From the NCBI GenBank assembly GCA_028534125.1, contig CM052818.1, positions 13,208,001-13,272,000 of the forward strand: DNA of 64,000 nt, in the 5' to 3' direction. Both the position numbers and the translations under genes were made by a program. Positions 53,536 through 64,000 of this stretch are shown piece after piece; positions within the stretch are counted from its first letter, which is position 1, and every line of letters starts with the position of its first letter. The stretch is from Lama glama (Eukaryota). The notes under the pieces were generated by a model. It saw only the letters and a list, made by a program, of their open reading frames with translations, had not been told where the DNA came from and did no database searches.

Positions 53536-55866
53536 TTAAGACACCATATTTGGCCACGTAGGTTGTGCACCATGCAAGTCAGAGGAGCACATTCTGGACT
53601 CCTCTGTACAATGGACCACAACCTGTGCAAGGATTCGGAAGAGCAGTTCCGTCAATGTTCTAAGAGAAATTCTGTCCAAGACAGAATTCTATACTTAGCA
53701 AGAATATTCATCAAGTGTGAGGGTAGAATGTAGACCAAGAAAGAGGAGGTCATGTAATCCAAAAAATCAGGACTCAGTACAGTGGAGAAGCAAGCACAAT
53801 TTCCAAACTTATGGTGAAAGGGAGCCCCTGGGTGACAGCTGGACTGCAGGCCTGGGGAACAGCCAGAGCAGAGGGGAACAGAGGACAGATTCCCAAAGGC
53901 TTGTCTCCAAGGTGAGGGAGGTTGAGGGTGGAGACAGCAAGAGATTACATGAAGTGATGACCTTCACAGAAACAAGTGTTCAGCCTTCAGGAGTTTAGGG
54001 ATGAGCTAAGCAAAGAAAAACAAAAAACAAAAAACAAAACAGAGTGAGTTAATAGTTCTAGAGAAAACAAAGGGTGCTATAAGACAAAAAGGGTAAATTT
54101 AGAGGTACATAATTATAATTGTTGGGTCCTTCCAAGAGACCAAGGAAATCAGTTTCCTCCTCTCCACCCAAGTTTTGAACAATTTGACAAATACAGCTAA
54201 GGAATTCAGATGAAAGATAAAATTATCACTTTATTTCCTTTGTGATAAAGGGTGATTTGCTACTGTAGTTTAGTTGGAAGAGCCAAATGGGCTTTGAACA
54301 CCAGATTTGGGCATCTTTTCCCACCCAGTCAGGGCAGTCCTTGCTCTAGGGAAAGTTTGCTCCTTGATAACAAACAGCTTGCACTGGGGCAGAAGGAAAA
54401 AGGGCTGGTCCAAACTTACTAATCAAATTAAGCCACGCCTCCTCCCCTAGAGAGACGGGAATAAATAAATGAGTGAAGAGGCAGAGAGAAAACATAGGAA
54501 TGGGTAGAGGAAATCCCACCTCATGGAAAAAAACATCGGGAGTGGGGAACACGCTTCCCTCCTGACATTAACGCTGCCGATGTGAAGCGCAATTTCACCA
54601 GAAACTGTAACAGAGCAATGTCAACGTAAGAAGGGTCAGGGAATGTGGGTATTTATGACAGTGGTGGCATAAGAGAGCTATATCCATCCTGAAAACAAAA
54701 AATGCGATAGTGTGAAAACGGAAAGTCAAGAAATGACAGTAAAATATATTACAAGGCAGTAAGTGGCCAAACAAACAGCTAAAAACAACTCTAAGAGCTG
54801 ACAATGGCAGCTCTGGGGAGCAAAGGCTGGGAGGGAGATGGAGCACAGAGAACTACCCCCCTTTCCACGTTGACTTGTTTGTATTGCTGCTCAAGTTTGA
54901 AGACTTTGGGTTAGGCTGGATCATATGAAATTGCCAATATTCAACTATTTATGTCCTAAAAAAATGGTAATCCCATATATTTATATAGCTCAGCCTAAAA
55001 TTTTAATAGAAATTCATTTAAAAAACTTTCAAGGAAAGGAAAAGGAATGTGATCCCTGCAAGGACCCTCTCTGGCCCTTTCTCTCTAGTGAAGTTGGTGT
55101 GCCTCCCTGGGGGCCCCCTCACACCTGTGCAAATGTACTTGTACTGACCTGGTGGTTGCACAGCATTGCAGCCATCTGGTCTGTCTTCCTGGCACTGGTT
55201 GTAACCACTTTGAGGGAAGGGCTCTGTTTATAAGGGAGCCCATCCAGCAGCCAGCACAAAGGAGCCACAGTATTTTCTAAAGGACATAACCTGTGTTAAC
55301 AACCTTTGCTGGGTGCTTGGACCCGATGCCTCCTTTCCTGGGTGCTAATAATAACCCAGTAGTCTATAACAGGATGTTACCCAGAATTACATCAAGCTCA
55401 CTGCTTTGCAGTTTATAGAATCTACTACAGGATCTTTTTTTTTTTTTTAGGAAAAAAATATATTTAAAACAGAAACCTATTTTCCCATCCGGCTGCTCAC
55501 CACGGTCCACATTACATATTTCGAAGTTCTCTCAGCCCCTGGAGTACTGTCTGCACCAGGAGCTCTGAAGGCCAAATAATTGAGCAGCTTAGCTCTGACT
55601 CCGGAGCAGATGGCCACGGTATAAATTGTGCCCCTCTCCTTCCCTTAATTACATGAAACAAATAGTTTCACCTCCCTAAGTCTATGGCTCCTAATATTTA
55701 AATAAGATAATGTCTAAAACCATAGGGTTATTGTTCAAATTCAATGAGATAATGCAGGAAGCATTCAAATGTCATTGTCACTATCCGACATGGGTTTCTT
55801 GCACTCTGGACTTCTTTTTCCCTTTCGTCAGTATGTGCTCTATGCTTTTCAATCTAAAGGTCATTC

Positions 55867-56586
55867 CTGTAGTTTGTTGCAGCCATTATGGAAAACAGTA
55901 TGTAGATTCCTTTAAAAAACTAAAAATAGACTTACCATATGATCCAGCAATCCCACTCCTGGGCATATATCTAGGAGAAACTCTAATTTAAAAATATACA
56001 TGTACCCCAATATTCATAACAGCCTTATAAATAGTGCTATAAATAGCCAAGACATGGCTAGCAACCTAACCATCAACAGATGACTGGATATACAGTGGAG
56101 TACTACTCGGCCATAAAAAGAATAAAATAATGCCACTTGCAGCAACATGGATGGACCTGGAGATTGTCATACTAAGTGAAGTAAGCCAGAAAGAGGAAGA
56201 AAAATACCATATGATATCACTTATGTGTGTAATCTAAAAGAAGGGACACAAATGAACTTATTTACAAAGCAGAAACAGACTCATAGAAAACAAACTTATG
56301 GTTACCAGGGGGGGAAAGAGAAGTGGAGGGATTATTGGGAGTTTGAAATTTGCAGATACTGCTATTACATGTAAAATAAATTAACAACAAGGTCCTACTG
56401 TATAGCACAGGGAACTATATTCAATACTTGTGATAGCCTATAAGGAAAAGGAATATGAAAAGGAATGTGTATATATATATATGTATATGTGTATATATAT
56501 ATATATGTATACATATATATATATAACTGAATCACTATGCTGTACACCAGAAGCTAATACAACATTCTAAACCAACTATGCATCAA

Positions 56587-56633
<47 letters not shown>

Positions 56634-56638
56634 TTTAA
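55867..56638 (+). mobile_element. 5'-truncated L1 (ORF2 C-terminus remnant plus 3' UTR) with (TA)n and (AAAT)n tail
   Basis: Encodes KKLKIDLPYDPAIPLLGIYL (L1 ORF2p C-terminal motif). TSD aaaggtcattc 55856-55866 / aaagatcattc 56639-56649. Confidence 0.9.
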
Positions 56639-59600
56639 AAAGATCATTCTTTGTTGCCAAAAATGAAGGTGAAAAAAGGTAGAGGAGCTCTGATTGTTTT
56701 TTTTTTTTTTTGTATTATTGGTTGGCATACAAGTAACAGGCTGGCTCCCCACCTCTACCTTGAGGGGCTTACTCTGAACATAGTATTTTTATGGATTTTG
56801 TTGCCCTGAGCATTTCTTATAAGATCATGAGAATTAAAGCCGCCATAATACCGTTCCCACAGGTTTTGCCTCTTGTCTCTGGATCCAAGGGCTCACTTCT
56901 ATCTTTTGCAAGTGTTCTTTTGAAATCAGGACAGTTTTTCTAAGCACCCATGCTTACCCTTCACTGGATATTTGCATTCGTGCAGACAGAGCACCATGGT
57001 TTTGAGAGCGCTTCATCCCTCCAAGTGCCTGCTTTTCTCTGAATTCTAGGACCCAGGGTCTCAGCCTCACTAGCCCCGGCTTTCCTCCCAGGTTCTCACT
57101 GTCTCAGTGATTCTCGCCAGATTCTTTTCACTCCCCCTCACCCTCTCTTGGTTAGAATTCGATCTCAAGCAGCAGTTCTGCTAGTTACTTTCTGAATAAG
57201 CTGGGGAATAACAGCTAATCAGAAAAACCCTACTTGTGTGAAGGTGTCTGTGGAAACTTACAGTCCAAATGAGTAAGCATCAGTTTCTACTCAAAGAAAT
57301 AATTCTGAGACTTTCTAACAGTTTGTCTAGCCAGCTAGAGACAGAATGTTTTGGGCTCTGGATAACTTCTTGCCATCCCTTAAATCACAATGTTTATCCA
57401 AATAACTGCTTCATCTAAATGAGAACTATCTTGGTGACGCGAAGATACAAGTCCTCTGCCATTACTTAGCTGGAGATCATGGATGAATCCCTTCCCTCTG
57501 AACCCATTTCTCATCTGAAACATGAGGGTGTTGAACTGGGTGATCTCGAAGGCCTCATCTGTATAAAAGTTTTGGAATTTTAAGTATAGACTGGGGGGTT
57601 TCCCTGATATCTAATGTTTGACCTAATGTTAAACAAAATACTATATAAAAGAAGCATACTAGAGTTCAAATAAAAATTTTCCAGTATTAGGCAAAACATA
57701 AACAGCCCATCTCTTTCCATATTTTCATTTACTTTAAACTATTCATCAAGTTCTCTTTTTCTAAGCATTTATTTCTTTGCAGTGAGGCCCCCACCAAGTC
57801 TGTTTTTAAGCTATTGTTCTATTTCCCCAGTAGATGGCACCCGGTCACAACTTTCAATTACCTTCTGCCTATAAATTCGGGGCACAGTCCAGAAAATAAA
57901 CGCAGAGTGAGCAGAATGTGGGGAGCATTTATTTATCAAACACAGATAAATAAAATGAACTTTATATTAATCATGCACCAGAAATATTTATTTATTTTTC
58001 TAAAATTTAAACAATAAATTAGTTTCTACACATAAGGTGTCATAAATTAGAGTGTTTTAATACAGACATGTCAGACTGCTGTATGTTAGAGTTGAATGTC
58101 ACCCTTCAAAATGATGAAATCATGAGACTATAGTTGATTCAAATGATGAGGCCACATTGCTATTTTTAAAACACTTGGAAAACCATTTTCTGGAAGATAC
58201 TCCTGGGATCAATTTCTAGCCCACATGAGAAAAACAGTCTCAATGTCTCCTTTTTGACAATCTCTCCCTACCAGCATCATGTTCCTTCATAATCCTCACA
58301 TTCAAGAGTTGTTTCTTCTCCCCTTGGAAAAGCTATTTCCAAATATTCCACAGTCAATGAAATTTGACCATCCACTTTTAATTATTTTGGCAAGAAATAG
58401 AACTCGGCAACTTACTACCACATTTTCAGCCCACATACTCTGTCTCCCAGCTGGCTGCTTTTGCCATGGTGGGCACAGCACGGCCCATACTGTAGGAGGA
58501 TTTATTCTGGGGCACTGGCAAGCAAAGAAGCCAGTAATAAATGAGACGGGGAAGGCCTCGAGGATTGGGAAACATGAACCCTTACAAATCTGAATCTACC
58601 TTCTGAGAAAAGTAAGAAGGTGACCAAACATCTCACCAGCCTCAGGCCATGAAGAACCAGCCCCTGTGTCAAGCCAGGCAGTAGAATAGGAACCCCAGTC
58701 CTACCAGTATGGGTCTCCCCACTCCCCAGATTGGTCTCGCTGACCTTAGCCCACATGCAGAGTTCCCGGGACAGGCCTGCTACCTGATCCCCTTGGAGCT
58801 AGAACCATCCACAGTCCTTACCTGAATGCATTCCCCTTCCCTGATTGGAAGAGAAGCCCTGCCCTGAACTGTTTCTCTGGGGAATCCATTGCTGGTTTTT
58901 TTAAACATGGCCAGACCGCCCCTTTGATGCACAGCGGGAATGCACAAACACTTAATGCCCAGCCTGACCAACAGCCCTGACCTCACAATTGACTGACCTG
59001 TCCTCTTCTCCTCTTACCTCCTCAGGTACTGGATTCCATGAACTCTATACTCCAGTTCCTGAAATCTTCCTCAAGCTCTGCTTATTATGGTGACCTTCTT
59101 TCCCCACTGCTGTGAGATTCTGTACACTTCTGGGTGTGGGTACTCTGGCTTCTCCAGGCCTGAGGTGGGCTCCCATAGCATTCATCCTTACCCTATTAAC
59201 TCCTTGCTGTCTGCCAGGAGCAAGCAGTAGTATCTGACTGTGACTCCCTCATTTCTCACAGCCAAGATCTTGAAGGATAGGGAATGTCAATCCAGCAATG
59301 GACTATACTCCAAAACCACTGGGCTGAGTTAACCTTAAAAATTTGTTGCATGATCTTCTAGACTTCTAGTTACATGAATTATTAAGTTTCCTAGCTCCCT
59401 CTGGTGGTTGAAGTCTCACATGCCACCACAAAAGTTCACGGCTCCAAAGCTCTGCTTGTTTATAGACACAGTTTAGCAGCTTAGGATATAAGGGTACTTG
59501 GCCATTTGACTCCCAGGTTAGGTTTCCTTGAGCAAACCCTCACTGACTTTGAATTGCTTTCATTTTAACCTTCAGTATGTTTTCTCCACAGCCTGAAAAT

Positions 59601-59941
59601 CCTCTGCCATAGGACTTGCAAACTGGGATGACAATGACAATTCTGTCAATAGCCTATATCTCTATAGCAATAGTTAAGCTTGCTAATATTTATTTGTTCA
59701 CTATGTGCTGGTCCCTGTTCTAAGGACTTTTCATTTATTATTTAATCCTGAAAACAACCCTAGGGGTTGGTGTGATTACTATCCTTATTTTTAAGAAGAA
59801 AAGACTCATACATTGTCTCAAATGTCACAGCCAGAGTGGAAAACAAATATTCATCTCTCAGATTCATCCACATAAGTTTGTGAATCAAGTGAGCTATTGA
59901 GTCCATAAAGAGGCATCAGGATTATGACAGTGGCCCAGGCA

Positions 59942-60441
59942 NNNNNNNNNNNNNNNNNNNNNNNNNNNNNNNNNNNNNNNNNNNNNNNNNNNNNNNNNNN
60001 NNNNNNNNNNNNNNNNNNNNNNNNNNNNNNNNNNNNNNNNNNNNNNNNNNNNNNNNNNNNNNNNNNNNNNNNNNNNNNNNNNNNNNNNNNNNNNNNNNNN
60101 NNNNNNNNNNNNNNNNNNNNNNNNNNNNNNNNNNNNNNNNNNNNNNNNNNNNNNNNNNNNNNNNNNNNNNNNNNNNNNNNNNNNNNNNNNNNNNNNNNNN
60201 NNNNNNNNNNNNNNNNNNNNNNNNNNNNNNNNNNNNNNNNNNNNNNNNNNNNNNNNNNNNNNNNNNNNNNNNNNNNNNNNNNNNNNNNNNNNNNNNNNNN
60301 NNNNNNNNNNNNNNNNNNNNNNNNNNNNNNNNNNNNNNNNNNNNNNNNNNNNNNNNNNNNNNNNNNNNNNNNNNNNNNNNNNNNNNNNNNNNNNNNNNNN
60401 NNNNNNNNNNNNNNNNNNNNNNNNNNNNNNNNNNNNNNNNN
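59942..60441. other. Assembly gap (500 N)
   Basis: Run of N. Confidence 1.
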
Positions 60442-61499
60442 TGGGGGGAGGGCTTAAGTGGAAGACGGACTGGTTTTTAATTGTTGTAAAGGGTACATAG
60501 TTCAGAACCAAAACTATGTCAACCCGTGAGCTTTAGAAATCCCAATAACATGCTGAATGTTGGTGACTATATATCGGCTTGTTTTAGCACAGGGATAATT
60601 TAATCAAGTAGCCAGATCTTAAATACTGGCATGGGTCACATTGTGAAGAGACTTCTGACTTTTTATAACCTTGCTACATTGGATTTTCTGCTGCTCCTGG
60701 GAGTTGTCTCTCATGGATCCAGGAACAGTGTCGCCGGTTTCCCATTTGCAATCTCCTCCAGGCTCCATTGCTCGTATGTCATCAATTCTGCCCCAAGTAA
60801 CACTGACAGAGCACTCTCTAGCCAGTCCACTCTCCAGTTCCCTGAGGACACACTTCTCTTCATTTCCCACCTTAGCTGTCGCTCATAGCCCAAAACACTG
60901 ACTCCTACAAGGTTTTTCAGATAACATGTTAGATGGTTTTTCAGTGACATGCATAGAAATGGAGGCAAAAGTCCTCCAAGGGTTGAGATCCCCAGGAGTG
61001 AGGAATTCAAAGGATGGGTATTCACATCTCAGTGTAACAGATGGAAATCATTTTCATCTTATCTCCCTCTTTTCTCAGGTTCCGCTCCTCCTGTTCCTCC
61101 ATCAGGTACCCAGTGCCTTCAAGCTGCCTCCACAGCTCTGCAGCCTCTCTCAGTATTGTTTGCTACCCTAAGAAAAGCCCTACTCTTTTCTCTTACACCA
61201 AAAACCCTACTCAGAACATCCATCAGCAAGAATCACACAGTGACTGGGCTGTGATATAAACTATCTTGTATTGGCTTATTCCTAAGCCTAAGAGGTAAGT
61301 CCTCTTACCTCTCTCCCATTGTAAACTCAAGCACGTAAGACAGAATTAATTGAGGAAAGCTGGACATAAAGTTGCATGTGTCTAATATGAGCCTCCATAT
61401 TTAAAAACATAAACACATGAATAAAAGATTGAAAGGGAATATAATAAAGCATTAGTAGATCATCCATCTGGGTTTCTGAGATTATAATAATTATACTAA

Positions 61500-61720
61500 T
61501 AACAGCTAAAATGTAAGTGCTTGCTACATGCCAGACACTTTTCTAGGCGCATTATATCATTATATCATTGTCTCATGAAATCCTCAATAACAACCATTTG
61601 GGGCAGTTATGATTATTTTTCTCATTTTACAGAAGAGGAAATAGTAAATGACTTGCCCAAAGTCACACCGCTTGTGAGTTCTGTGTTCAAATTCAGTCTC
61701 CAAAGATTTTGCTCATAACA
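61500..61720 (-). mobile_element. MIR SINE
   Basis: ctcattttacagaagaggaaa...aaatgacttgcccaaagtcacac. Confidence 0.7.
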
Positions 61721-63647
61721 ATCTATTTGTGCCTTTCACTAATAATGTATATATACTTATTTCTTAATCAAACAAAAAAGCTAAAGATTAAAATGAAATT
61801 AGATCTGGAACCAAATTCTCTTCAATGCATGGTTACTCAGCAGGACAAGGAAGCTTCCTGGGCTTGATCCATTCTTCACCACAAAGGTTAATCTGGGCAA
61901 CTGGACCTTTCAGCCTTACCCTGGGCAAATGCCTACAGGACCTGCAACCTACAGTCACTTTCTCCAGCCAACAAAATACCCTCCATGGTGGGTCAGCTCA
62001 TGCCCTCTCTGGGAACACTTGCTGAGTGATCTGCTTCAGAACCAGGGTTAATGACAGGGATCTAATAACTGTTGGTTTGACCTGCACTGTTTTTCCAGAC
62101 TGTGACTCCAGCCTCACTTCCACCCTTCTTTTGCTACCAAGTCTCTGGTTCACCTACAGGTAGAACCTACATGGCTCACTTGTAGGCAGGCTTAGAAGGA
62201 TGGGCTGCAAGTTCCACAAATCACAGGCACATCGTCAAAAATGGTCAGAAAAGAAAGCAAAGCTGCCAGCATCATTTCCTCTTGACCAACTAGTCAGCTC
62301 CTGCCAGCTCCTGAAGTAGGAGCTACACCATGACTGATGCCCCAGCACCGCATGGCTCTGTGGATTTCCCTGGCAATGTGTCTGCTCCAACAGCAGGTAG
62401 CTGGTCAGTCCTCTGCATACCGCCCATCCCTGGCTGGATCCTTCACCACTGCAGTCCTCGTGTCTTCAACTCAACACCGAGCTGCTGTTGCCTCCCTGAC
62501 ACACTCAGTGCTGTCCTTCAGGCCAAGCAATTCTGAGAGCTGAACTTCTGCATCCAACGGTGGGTGGGGGTGACACTCATCTGCAGTCACTCTGTCAGCC
62601 AGTTTACAACTGTTCCTGACCTGTTGCTTCCTTCTCAGGGCAACTGGTCACACTGATCCACCTGGAGCCCAGGTGTGACAGTTCAGGTGTCAGAGGTGGC
62701 TAGTCCAGAGCAAGTCTGTGTGAATTCAAACCTTCTGAGGATTCTGATCTTTACTGACTTTGGGCTCTCTCTGGCCTTTCTCAGGGCAACACAGAGTATT
62801 AAAGCAATTCTCAAAGAGTTTCCTTACAATAATAGTGTCCTTTGAGATGCTGGTGATATGTTACAAGGTGGAGGTGGGGTAGGGGTCAGGAGTGTCTGTT
62901 TTTAAATGAGTTTGGAAAACTCTACCTCCATAGACTTTGTTGGAGGTTCACAATTTGCATTAGAATATCCAAGGGTCTGTGAAATCCTGTCATAAAGAAA
63001 CCTGCTTAGATAGGCTGCATCCAGTGTTTCCCAAAATTATTTATAAGGCCACAACTCGCCCCTTTGTCCCCCAGAACATCTTTATACCTCAAATTGGACG
63101 CTGATGTTCTAATGAACACAGTTTGGAAAATCTCAGTGGCCTGAGAATGAGAAGACCAGGGTAATTGTCCAGTTATTCCTCTAGCCAGATTTATACAAGT
63201 CTCTCACCTCTCTAGGCCTCAATTTCTTCATCTGTAAAATGGGGGTTAGATTAAGCCTGTTCTCAAACTAATCCTGAGAGAAACTTAAAGTGTCTATGGA
63301 CCTAACTTAGGAGCTTCCTCAAGGGATGCAGTGAAGAGAGATCTACTGGAGCCCTCCAGACCCCCTCCCCTCAACTGGCACAGCTTTGTTGATAGCTGTT
63401 TTATGCATAATAAAGTGTCCTTGTCAGTGAACACCTAGAAGTTCCTTTTGGAAGAGAGGGCAGTGGGAAAGGGATAGCAGAGGGGGGAAGAGTGTGAGGA
63501 TGGAGACTACTGTCCAGCTCCCCTGGCTCCTGTACTACTGCCTCAACCCCCAGTTTGGACATTGGTTTAGTGCCCAACCCCCAACGCCTCTGCCATCCAA
63601 AGGCTGGATATGACATGGTCTGACACCCCCATTACCACCAGCAAACC

Positions 63648-63822
63648 TGTGTTTATCAAAGAGAAGCACATGGAATACACTGGTGTTTATTAAAATGCAG
63701 ATTCCTGGGCTCCACTTAAGACCTACTGAATCAGAACTAGGGGAGAACAGGACCTGAGAATCTGCATTTTAACAAAGGCCCCACCTAATTCTTAGGAACT
63801 CTGAAGTTTCAGATCCACTGCC
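63648..63822. mobile_element. MER5-like MITE
   Basis: ttattaaaatgcagattcctgggctccac..agacctactgaatcagaact...gaatctgcattttaacaa. Confidence 0.7.
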
Positions 63823-64000
63823 TGGATCTCAGGAGCCAGGAAGTTTTCACCACACTAAGCATTTGACCCCCTCCCTCCACTGATGAGGGTTGTTCCTCTG
63901 GTAGGTGCTAGAACTCTGCAACACTCCACTATGGATGTGCTGCGTGGGACCGAGGCACATTCATCCCATAAGAGTGCCCAGAGGACGCTAAAGGTAGGGC

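Noticed and set aside
59894..60511. ORFs spanning the N run
   Set aside because: Artefacts of the assembly gap

Overview
Mammalian genomic DNA, most likely a camelid because it carries Vic-1-type tRNA-derived SINEs. The window holds the 5' end of CCDC85A on the minus strand: a CpG-island promoter (~27.6-29.3 kb), coding exon 1 (28114-28377), a 967-bp coding exon 2 (21844-22810), and ~21.8 kb of intron 2 running off the left edge. To the right lie ~35 kb of repeat-rich upstream DNA and a 500-N assembly gap. Four observations stand out. (1) A 5'-truncated MRAP2 retrocopy ~3.7 kb upstream of the CCDC85A start codon, with poly(A) signal, A-tail and a perfect 12-bp target-site duplication (TSD). 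(2) A 14-unit S/T-P-x-H peptide array in exon 2 with a hidden 80-aa higher-order duplication. (3) Three strong-Kozak upstream AUGs forming a uORF cascade in the presumed 5' UTR. (4) A young 124-bp L1 stub with a 19-bp TSD. I found no convincing wholly new multi-gene system. Gene and repeat names come from my recognition of the sequence, not from database searches, and most repeat boundaries are approximate.
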